Below, piece after piece: positions 19,421 through 28,900 of a stretch of 41,306 bases of DNA. Numbering within the stretch: the stretch's first letter is position 1; every line of letters starts with the position of its first letter. The notes under the pieces were generated by a model, which searched no databases, was not told the origin of the DNA, and was given only the letters and a program-made list of their open reading frames with translations. Origin of the DNA: a virus (taxonomy: Duplodnaviria > Caudoviricetes); the IMG/VR virus record IMGVR_UViG_3300016263_000355, positions 1 to 41,306 of that record. One strand, given 5' to 3'. Made by a program: the position numbers and the translations under genes.

Positions 19421-21912
19421 CCTGAGTACTGGTTATAAAGCTGACCGTGTTTGTTGATAGCACTACTCAAATCAATAATACTATTGAAATGTTCTGTATC
19501 ATGCATACCTGTTTCAGGATTTACAGGTACTCCAGGAATTCTAGATCTATAAGTCAAGTCATAACCTGATTGATCGTTACCACTTATATAGACTTCTTGC
19601 ATTCCAAAGTTTTCAAACACTTGCTGAATCTTAATGTCTGAAGGATCTACTTCTCTTACAGCCCCTGCCCCAACATTATTATAAGGCATGCTTTCAAGTA
19701 CCGCTCTTACAGAAGATACTGCTTCAGCAGTTCCAGGATTCAAACTCATATTATTAAGAATGGTTTTATTGAAATCCTCTTGGTTAGAAGGCCTAATCAA
19801 TACTTTAGTACCTTCATAATCTTTATCAGTAGATTGTAAATTTCCTATCCACCAGAATCCAGAATCTCTATCATAGATCAATCCTTGGGTTTCAACTCCA
19901 TGATTTGCTGCAAATGATCCTTTAAATAAAGTGCTACCAGAAAACATTTTACCTTCAGACGCTCCAGGTTCTACCCAGTAATATACATAGTTATCAATTG
20001 CAGAACCTTTTTGCCAAACTTTTAGTCCTTTATCAGTAACTGTCAATTTACCTTCAAGATCTTTAGTTATAGCTTGTTGAATCTTAGCAAGGTAAGGAGT
20101 GTCTTTATCAGTAGTAGAAGGCAAATCATAAGAGGTAATCTTATACTCATTCAACTGACTTTGTGCCCAAAGTTTTTCATACTCTTGTTGAACCTTTTTA
20201 CTCTGTCCTCCTGCAAAACTTTCTTGATCATATGCATAGTTATTCAAGACTTTAAATCTAGGATCTTGGGATTTGTCTCTATACAATCTTTGTTTTACTG
20301 CTGGAGTAAGGATACCTCTGCTAAAAGCGAGTTCATTTTCTTTTTTGTTTTTTACAGAAGGAGCATTTTGAGGCTCATCTTCATACTGCCAAAAAGGCTC
20401 TTCTCCAAGACCTTGATCTAGCTTTTCATTCTCATAAGCATCATCAAACATAGTTTCAATAGTTTGCTTTACAAGTAAATCAAATTCTTGTTTTTCTTTT
20501 CCAGTAAGTTGGTTATATTTTTCTACTTTATTAACAAACCCTTCAAGTTCTTTTCTGTTAGGATTATAGCCAGGAGCTTTAGGATCATTACTTCCAAGAA
20601 TCTTGTCATTAACATTTTTAATAGCTTGATTATATCTTTGAATTTGTTCCTGCTCTTCTAGACCTTGTCTATTGTATTCCATTACCATGCTTCTGTATTC
20701 ATTCCTAGCTTGCTGTTTATTGGCATCTGGGAATTTAGATACAAACTCATCTTCTGTTACTCCTATCTTATAGGAGACTTTATCATTCTTGGAATCTACA
20801 GTACGAGTAATTCTTAAATTTTCAGGAGTATAATCTTTAAGAGTAATACTTGTTTGCTGTAATCTTTTGAAAGGTTCTGTTACAAACGCAGGATCATTAC
20901 CTTTATATTTTCCAGCTTTAGCTGCTACAGCCTCTTGAGTCCTTTCTTCTTCTGTAGCAATAGCAAATGGGAAAGTACCTTTCTCAATAAAAGGCACTCC
21001 AGCACCTACAGATGAAGGAGTTCCTGAACCACCATCTGCTGCAGCTCTTTCATTAATTTGATGAATCTGAGTATCTCCTTTTTCTTCTCTGCCCCAAAGA
21101 GGTTTAGAAAGTTCAAGCAGTACTTTAGAAATATCATCTTTATTAAACCTATCTTTTTGACCTCTAAACTCAAGATCTGCTCTATACCATCTATCTTCTG
21201 GAGCTCTTTGCTGAAGAATGGTATTACTTAAACCGTCAATAGCATTTTTAAATGTAGCGGCATCTTTGACATAGGTTTTTACACCTTTTGAATCAATCCA
21301 ATATTTATTGCCGTACTCATCTGTTGTAGTCTGAACTTGATTACCATTCCTATCTTTTGGAATAACTGTAGCTACAACTTCTTTAAGTTGATTAAAATAT
21401 CTAGTGTTGAAATCTGCATAAGGTTGATAGCTCAAACTACCTGCATAAGCAGTTTTGTTTTGTTTGAAGTTATAACCTCCTCCAGGCAATGGTTCTAAAT
21501 AACCTGCCATAGTTCCTCCAGGCACATTCAGCTGAGCTTCTTTGTTAGCCATATAAGGAGCTAGGATCTTATCATAATACTCTTTATTATTAAGAATAGT
21601 CTTAACATCGGTATTACTTAAAAAGTGAGCTTTGATCCTCCTAGCATCTGAAATGGTTTGTTGGATAGGAACCTTACCCAAATCATTAGTTACCTTTTCA
21701 AAAGCTTGGTTATATTGAGTACTGATATCTGAAGCCCACTTTTCATTTCCAGGGGCTGGATTAAGAGCAGCCAATAATCCTGCAGCCTCATCAAGAGTCT
21801 TAGAAGCAGCATCTGCTTTTTGGTCTTGGTAAGCTTGCGCTTTAAGAAGAAAATCAAAATCAAGTGGCTCTAATTTTAAGTCAGGCCATTTAGTATAGGG
21901 GTTGATATTCAT
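19411..21912 (-). CDS. Virion cargo/ejection protein (833 aa), cysteine-free
   Basis: Long ORF between cargo genes and the RNAP. The N-terminus (NPY....EPLDFDFL.KA...Q) resembles crAss-like ejection proteins. No Cys seen. Confidence 0.7.
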   Translation of the reverse strand: MNINPYTKWPDLKLEPLDFDFLLKAQAYQDQKADAASKTLDEAAGLLAALNPAPGNEKWASDISTQYNQAFEKVTNDLGKVPIQQTISDARRIKAHFLSNTDVKTILNNKEYYDKILAPYMANKEAQLNVPGGTMAGYLEPLPGGGYNFKQNKTAYAGSLSYQPYADFNTRYFNQLKEVVATVIPKDRNGNQVQTTTDEYGNKYWIDSKGVKTYVKDAATFKNAIDGLSNTILQQRAPEDRWYRADLEFRGQKDRFNKDDISKVLLELSKPLWGREEKGDTQIHQINERAAADGGSGTPSSVGAGVPFIEKGTFPFAIATEEERTQEAVAAKAGKYKGNDPAFVTEPFKRLQQTSITLKDYTPENLRITRTVDSKNDKVSYKIGVTEDEFVSKFPDANKQQARNEYRSMVMEYNRQGLEEQEQIQRYNQAIKNVNDKILGSNDPKAPGYNPNRKELEGFVNKVEKYNQLTGKEKQEFDLLVKQTIETMFDDAYENEKLDQGLGEEPFWQYEDEPQNAPSVKNKKENELAFSRGILTPAVKQRLYRDKSQDPRFKVLNNYAYDQESFAGGQSKKVQQEYEKLWAQSQLNEYKITSYDLPSTTDKDTPYLAKIQQAITKDLEGKLTVTDKGLKVWQKGSAIDNYVYYWVEPGASEGKMFSGSTLFKGSFAANHGVETQGLIYDRDSGFWWIGNLQSTDKDYEGTKVLIRPSNQEDFNKTILNNMSLNPGTAEAVSSVRAVLESMPYNNVGAGAVREVDPSDIKIQQVFENFGMQEVYISGNDQSGYDLTYRSRIPGVPVNPETGMHDTEHFNSIIDLSSAINKHGQLYNQYSGKK

Positions 21913-21916
21913 GATT

Positions 21917-21945
21917 TGTAAATGTAATAAAAATTAATTAAATAA
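21917..21945 (-). promoter_or_regulatory. Putative promoter motif TTATTTAA-n6-TTTATTACATTTACA, 4 nt upstream of ATG
   Basis: 23/29 identical to the motif at 39507-39535. TACATTTA resembles the Bacteroidota -7 box TAnnTTTG. Confidence 0.45.
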
Positions 21946-24900
21946 TTATCTTCTATAACGTGATTTTCTCCAAGCTGCAATTCCTCCTTCTGTTGGATCA
22001 AATAGAGGCCTGTTTAACTGCTCTTCAGTCATAAAAGTAGGAGCAGTTTTTTGCTGAGTCTTATCAGTAATAATAGTACCAGGTAAACTGCTTTTTCCTG
22101 TATAAGTATTGCTCATATTATCCAAATAGCGTTTCATAGCTAAATTGTTTACATACTGATTTTGGGCACCTGCTGCTGTATAAAGTCCTTTGAAAATACC
22201 CTCCATTTTATTAGCTTCTCCTCTATCTTTATAGTCTTGAGCTGTTACTCCCATCTGGTTATTATACTGCAAAGCTGCTCTCTTATTTGCTTCAAATTGA
22301 TCAAGCTGTTGAGATCTATAATTCTTTTCTCTCTCACTGACTTCAGATATTGCTCTGCTCTCATCTAGGTCTGTTGCAGACAAGAATCTTCTAAGATTTG
22401 TAGGATTTGCTTGCTTTGCTGCATAAATACGTGCAAGAGCCTGATCTTTAACAGCTCTTTTAGCTTCAGTATAATCTACTAAATTAGGAGCTGCTACAGT
22501 CATAGGATCCCATGAAAGCTCAGATACTGGAGTAAATGCAGAAGTAAGAGCTTCTATTGCTCCTAAACCCATACCAAGATTTCTAGCAGTTCTAATAGGT
22601 CTACAAATGCCTGAAGAACAATCATGTTCTACTCCATTAATTATTCTACTCATGCCCTTCTTTACTCTCTGCATTAAATTTAAATTAGATTTACTAGAAG
22701 GAGTTCCAGATTTTTCAGATAGATCAAGTTCTATTGTAGGAATATCAGTATTAACACTACTAGGTAAAACAGTTCCAGTAGATTGATCATAATAATCTCC
22801 TCTAGCATCATAGCGTTCATCTGGGCTAGATGGTTCTCTTGTAGCTGCATTATATGTACCAGATTGAGAAATTGTAGGATATCCTGATGAAGTATTTTCA
22901 GTTATTCTATATTCAGGACTATATCCAGGAGCATAAGAAGCTAAAAAATCATCAGCACTAGAACCTTGTAATCCAAAATAACGTCTAGCTGTTGGAGGTG
23001 TGTATTTTTCAAACTTAGGTAAAGTTGGAGTAGGCATACGACTTAATATGCTAGCCACTTTAGGATCTGAAGGTCTAGTTCTAGCAGAAAAATCTGCTAA
23101 AGATTCATCTTCTCTTCGAGGCTCTTGCATTAAATTTGGAGAAGTAATTCTACTCATCCATGCATTATAAATATTACCAGGGGAATTAGGATTTATAGAA
23201 AAATTTTGTTTATCTAATTTTCCTACTAAATTAAGATCTGATAATTTCTGATCTCCAGAGTAATCAAAATAGTCTCCACGTAATTTAGGATTTGTAGTAT
23301 TAGCATAGTATGAAGGTTCTAAGTATCCTGGAGTTATTTCAGAGTTTAGATCATAACCACTTGGATAATATTTTCCTGGTAAGTATACTTCAGCACGAGG
23401 ACCTGCACCAAGCCCAAAACTTCTTTCTAACATAGAATTCACAAAGAAAGGCATTTCTTGTTCTTTTCCATATCTATCATATGTAATACTACTTTGAATA
23501 GCTTCTTCTTCAGGAGTCAAAGGAGTATAATTAACCACTGAATTTACATCATATCTTTTTCTTCCAGACATACTGGTAATCATACCATTTTTAGCCATAG
23601 CTTTAAATGTCTTAGCCAGATTGTATCTACGAGAACCAGGAGGGCAAGAACTAGAACCAAACTTAGATCCAGTACATACACCTTCAGTACCACGTCTCTT
23701 AATAGACTTAGTGGCTTTTTGAATCCAGCCGCCTTTTTTATAAGTCATCATTGAATCTAGACTTTCAAGATTTATTCTATCTTGGTTACCCATAGGCATT
23801 CCTCCAGAAGCATATACTCCTCCTACTTGGTTACCAGTCATTCCACCATAGGCCATACCTTGGTCACCCATTCCAAAGGAGTAGTATCCACCATCTCCCA
23901 TTTTTCTAGATTTTTTCATTTCTCTATCTTGTTGCTGAGAGACAAGACTTCTCTCAATTTGTTTTCTTTTAATCAAACCTGCTTCTAGGTATTCTTTAGT
24001 TCTGTTTTTAGGAATCACAATAAGTCCTTCAGGAGCATCATCATTACCAAGAGGATTCTGACCTTCAGAAGGATGTGGAGGTCTGCCAACATAGTTCTTG
24101 ATGATCTTGCCATTAATAACAAGCAACTCACCTTTTTTAGCATTAGGTCCTGAACCTTCACTAAAGTTAGCACCTTCAACATTAATAGGCACTAAACCAG
24201 CTTGTCCTCCATCAGCCATTTTTACATAGCCGCCCATTCTATTAAGCTGAGATTGAAGTCCAGAACCTGGATTTGCATAAATATTTACATTTGGCATAGT
24301 ATTTCTTTTTAAAGAAGATGTCCTAGGTCCATATCTGGAGCTAGCCTGGAAAGTGTTTTCTCTTACATTAGAACCTTGGTTATACAAACCAAGTCCTATA
24401 TTTGCAGCAGTGCCTGCAATTTGAGCGGGGTTAAAATCTCCCTCACTAATATCTTGAGTAAGTCTAATACCTTGTGAAAGATAAGGAGAATATTTAGTGT
24501 ATTTATTTAAATTTGTAGTAAACTGTTGTACTTCTTTGCTAGGTTGTCTAGGAGTATCAACTGGACTAGGAGTATAAATAGGAATATTACCCATTCCTGC
24601 TCCAAATGTAGGTGTAACTGCGGGAGCAGAGGGCGCAGACATTGTATAAGTAGGAACAGTTGTACTAGGAGCAGTAGGAATATTAGCAGCACTTTGCATC
24701 CAAGTATTAGAAGCTGCTGGAGATGCTGCAGTCAATCCAGTAACTTCTGCAGTTCCTTGAGTAGGAATTGTAGATGGAGCAGCTGCATTAAAAGCTCCAG
24801 CGCCATATGCCGTTCCTACAACAGATCCTGCAATAGGTAAAGCTGTTCCTATAATTTGAGCTGTTTTATTATCAGGAGCTGCAAAATTTTGAATAGCTTG

Positions 24901-25956
24901 TCCTGTTCCTTTAGATGCTGAAGCAATACCAGCAGGTATAGCAGTTGGGTTAATAATACTGGCTCCCACAGCTCCAGTTGCAGTTCCTACACCTCTGACA
25001 GCATCTAATTTTCTTTGTTGTTCAGCACTAGTTTTATTATCAGCAATATCTGTTAAAGCTTTGTAACCAAGATCTGTAATAGGATCTGTGGCTCCAAAAG
25101 TAAAAGTATCTACAGCTCCTTCAAGAATTCCATAAAGTGTTGAGCCTAACCCTCTCCAAAAATTAGTTTTATTTCTTGGTTTTGAAGGACCTGCCCAATT
25201 ATAAATAGGAGTATCAGCCTCATAAGCTGTCCCATATTTATTCATGTAGTTTAAATCATCCTGAGTAAAAGTTCCATCATTTTGATCAGAAGTCCAACCT
25301 CCTGCATAATACATTCCTCTTCTTTTAAAAGGAGTATTAATGGTACCATCAAAATTCATGTTACCCATAGTGTAACCACCATGTTTCTTACCAGCTCTTA
25401 CATTTACTCTATTAGCAAGAGCTTGATTCATAAGATAATCCTCTGGCTTTGAAAGATTTAAAACTCTTACAGATTCTCCCGCAGGTCCACTGCTTTGAAT
25501 TTCAGATCTTTCTGGAGTACCATAAAAACCAGTAAATGCTGGACCACTTTGTCTTTGGTAAGACATCATGTCTGGAGTAGCGGTATAATTTTCTGCAAAA
25601 TTGTTAAAATTACCATTTTGCTGAGATGACATTTGAGTCATGGTACTTCTTACAGGATATTCTCCATCTGTTTCTCCACCATCACCTTGTTTAGCTCTAA
25701 TTTTCTTTTCCTGCCTAAGCATCTCTTTAGTAGGCTTTCTACCAGAACCTCTATTAGCTCTGATATTATCCCAAAGACCTCTTCTAGAATAAGAGCCATC
25801 TTTGCGTTTAAGCATACCACCTTTTTTATTTATAGAACGCTCTTGCAAACTTTCAGCAAACTCAGCAAGTTTACCATTAGCTTGAGCTTCAAAAGCAGCA
25901 GCTTCCATACCATCAGGTACAGTAATTAATTCTCCTTTAGGACCTTTTAATTTCAT
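21946..25956 (-). CDS. Mosaic cargo protein (1336 aa) with GG-delimited modules, Gly/Ala-rich membrane-like segments and a Pro/Thr/Ala linker
   Basis: Hydrophobic GVGTATGAVGASII / IIGTALPIAGSVVGTAYGAG segments. INVEG...GELL...PH module resembling crAss-like cargo proteins. About 10 xxxGG/MAKNG motifs. Confidence 0.75.
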   Translation of the reverse strand: MKLKGPKGELITVPDGMEAAAFEAQANGKLAEFAESLQERSINKKGGMLKRKDGSYSRRGLWDNIRANRGSGRKPTKEMLRQEKKIRAKQGDGGETDGEYPVRSTMTQMSSQQNGNFNNFAENYTATPDMMSYQRQSGPAFTGFYGTPERSEIQSSGPAGESVRVLNLSKPEDYLMNQALANRVNVRAGKKHGGYTMGNMNFDGTINTPFKRRGMYYAGGWTSDQNDGTFTQDDLNYMNKYGTAYEADTPIYNWAGPSKPRNKTNFWRGLGSTLYGILEGAVDTFTFGATDPITDLGYKALTDIADNKTSAEQQRKLDAVRGVGTATGAVGASIINPTAIPAGIASASKGTGQAIQNFAAPDNKTAQIIGTALPIAGSVVGTAYGAGAFNAAAPSTIPTQGTAEVTGLTAASPAASNTWMQSAANIPTAPSTTVPTYTMSAPSAPAVTPTFGAGMGNIPIYTPSPVDTPRQPSKEVQQFTTNLNKYTKYSPYLSQGIRLTQDISEGDFNPAQIAGTAANIGLGLYNQGSNVRENTFQASSRYGPRTSSLKRNTMPNVNIYANPGSGLQSQLNRMGGYVKMADGGQAGLVPINVEGANFSEGSGPNAKKGELLVINGKIIKNYVGRPPHPSEGQNPLGNDDAPEGLIVIPKNRTKEYLEAGLIKRKQIERSLVSQQQDREMKKSRKMGDGGYYSFGMGDQGMAYGGMTGNQVGGVYASGGMPMGNQDRINLESLDSMMTYKKGGWIQKATKSIKRRGTEGVCTGSKFGSSSCPPGSRRYNLAKTFKAMAKNGMITSMSGRKRYDVNSVVNYTPLTPEEEAIQSSITYDRYGKEQEMPFFVNSMLERSFGLGAGPRAEVYLPGKYYPSGYDLNSEITPGYLEPSYYANTTNPKLRGDYFDYSGDQKLSDLNLVGKLDKQNFSINPNSPGNIYNAWMSRITSPNLMQEPRREDESLADFSARTRPSDPKVASILSRMPTPTLPKFEKYTPPTARRYFGLQGSSADDFLASYAPGYSPEYRITENTSSGYPTISQSGTYNAATREPSSPDERYDARGDYYDQSTGTVLPSSVNTDIPTIELDLSEKSGTPSSKSNLNLMQRVKKGMSRIINGVEHDCSSGICRPIRTARNLGMGLGAIEALTSAFTPVSELSWDPMTVAAPNLVDYTEAKRAVKDQALARIYAAKQANPTNLRRFLSATDLDESRAISEVSEREKNYRSQQLDQFEANKRAALQYNNQMGVTAQDYKDRGEANKMEGIFKGLYTAAGAQNQYVNNLAMKRYLDNMSNTYTGKSSLPGTIITDKTQQKTAPTFMTEEQLNRPLFDPTEGGIAAWRKSRYRR

Positions 25957-25960
25957 TTTA

Positions 25961-28900
25961 TTAATCTATTAGTTGCCAAGTGCTAGTTGTTCTGTAATTT
26001 GTTTTGGGCACAGTCACAGTTTTACTTGCACTTTTCCCACTGTTAGCATCTTCTTGTAAGATATTTATGTATCTAGAGTTATTCCAAACTCTAGTTGGGT
26101 AATTGCCTCTGGAATTCCATTTAGCAGGAAGATTTTTCCAAAGATCTTTCTTTTGCTCACCAGTAAGCTGCTCATTGTATCTAATTGCTAAAACAGCTAC
26201 AGTACCCATAGCTGCTTTTTCAGGATCTAAGAAATCTTTGTTAGAAGTAATTCCTAATTCACTAAGAGCTTTTTTCTCTGTAGCATTCAGATAACCCCAT
26301 TTAAGTTGGGTAAGTCCAACACTTTCATAATTCCCATCTCTAGAATAAGTAGTATACTTGCTATCGTAATCAGGAGAGCTTGCGTCATAATTAATTCCTA
26401 AAGACTTAAGACTTTTACTTGCAAGTTTATTTAGAGCTTTTGTAGCATTTACAATTGGAGTGTGGGTATCTCCAAAATTAGACTCAGTTCCATAAATACC
26501 AAAAGCCATTTTAGCTAACTCGTTATATATATCTCCGTTAATCTTAGCAGCCTTCATTACTTTCTGCTTATTTGATTCTAAAGATTTTATAAACGGAAGA
26601 GTGGTTCGATGAAGTTCATTCTCATCATCAAAATCATAAAATTGAAAAACATTCTGCATAAATGATTTTTCATTGAAGTTTACTTTAATAGGTTTATAAT
26701 TCAAAGTAGCTTCAGTCTTATTGACTTTAGGATTTTGAGATTTGAATATAAGTTTACCATTAGAGATTTGAAACTTGTTATTAGGATCATCAGGCAGTAC
26801 ATAAAGTTTATCCCCCTCATTATAACCTTGTTTGTACAACTGTTTTAGATCATAGCATAATCCGTTGATGCAGCCATTAGACAATCTATTATTAGCAGGA
26901 TCAGTGTCTCTAATTTTAGCAGTCCTATCTCCAAAGCTGCTATGCATAGCCATAGGCACACTGATACCTTTTTCATTCTTAAAATTCCAAGTAGGAGCAT
27001 TTGAATAATGAGGGTCTGCAGCACTTGCCCCAGCTACTGTATATACTCCAGCTCCAGTCATTCTGTTACCCTTTTCCCAAAGAACCTTATTATCTTTTAC
27101 AACTGTATAAGTTTGCTCATCTCCTACATTCATACCAGTACCAACATTATAAGAAGCTATTGCTTTGTCACCTTGGTACAAATGGATCTTACCTTTACTT
27201 TTGTCCAAAATCAAATATTGGTCATTGGAACCTTTATGATAATTTCTAATGATTTCAGCTTGATCCATTTTATTGATCTCATCCTGTCTCTTTTTTACTT
27301 TTTCCCACTCTTGATATTCAGGCTCAAGTTTGACAGTGACTTTATCAGAATAAACAGATCCTACCATTTTATTCTGCTGTTCTAATCTTGATTTAGTTTT
27401 AGGAGTATTCAATCCTGCAGCAGTCAAAGTATCTTGAGATGGATTGAATTTTTCTCCAGCCAGATTAGTTCCATATTTCCTACCTTGATATTCAAAGATT
27501 TGATTAGGTCCTAATCTTTCTCTGGCAATTTTAAAAGCTTCGTTGAAATCTTTAGGTGCAGAAGCTTGAGCTGCAGCATCTAGTTGAACAGGAGATGGAA
27601 AATTAGTAGGAGCAGGTGCTGAAGCATAATCATTGAATTCTCCTGCAAGCAATCTCTTTCTTAAAGCTAAATTACTTTCAGCAGTACCTGTAGTAAGATT
27701 GGAAGCTTTAGCTTGATTCCAAGGTGTATTTGTAACAGATTCCCAAACTTTATATACAGGCATGTTATTTAATCCTGTAGATCCTCCTTCAGCATACATA
27801 GGTCTAGATACTTGACCACCTTTTTTATAAAGTTTTTCAAGTTTAAAATTAGGTACTTCAATCATGAAGCCGTTTAAATTTTCATTAAATACTGTCCTTG
27901 CTTTTACTGCTTTTAAATTAGAGGGCATTTTAGAATTCAAAAATTGCACAGCTTCCTTAGCATCATTTTGATTATTAAACAAAAGAATATTGTTATTTTC
28001 AAAAGCTTTTGCTTGATTAGGTAATTTAAAATGAACAGCTGCAGAATTTAAAGGAACATGTTGAGCAGGATAAACTTGAAATTTATCACGATTTCTAGTT
28101 CTTCTTATTAAAGAATTCCAAGAATCCATACTTAAACTTCCAGTAGGAGGTTCCATTATAAAAGATCCTTTAGGAATTTCTTTCTCCAATCTTTTAAAAG
28201 CCTTACCAGCTTCTATTGGATCTTTCATATAAGCAGAAAAATAATAAGCATGTTCTCCGTTAGGCAAAGTATGACTTTTTAATTCAATACGTTGCTCAGG
28301 ATCAATTTTAGAATTAACTCTAGCTAAAGTTTTTTGAAATCCTAATGCAGATTCTCTGCTATACCTTCCTGGAATTACATATTCTAATGTTTCACTTACA
28401 TCTTCTTGACCTGTCCAAATTGGTGATTTTTTTGATCTAGTTCTAGTTGAAAGACCTTTTTCTAGTCTTAAACCTGTACTTGTAGAAGGAGTATTAATAG
28501 GATCGCCAAAAGTAATAGTACTAGCATCTTTTTTTGCAGGAGACCCTATTAAGCGCATTTCTTCTTTAGCTTGAGATAAAGAACTAAGTTCAGGAAGAGG
28601 ATCTCCTACTTTATAAGTTTTTTCACTAAACGGAGTAATAAACTTATATCTATTCATTACTGCATCATTTATAGTGGCATTTAAATAATTTTTAGCTTCA
28701 CCTAAATCAGTAACTTTCATAGGTCTCCCTACTTCTTTACTTTTTATAGAACTTGCCCATTCTAGTAATTCACTTGGTTTACCATATAAAGACTGTAACT
28801 CCATTATTTCTGCTTTTACTTTTGCAGCTTCTGCTACATAAGTAGGATTATAACTTACAGAAATAGGTTGTAAAACTTGTTGCCCTGGATATCCAATAGA

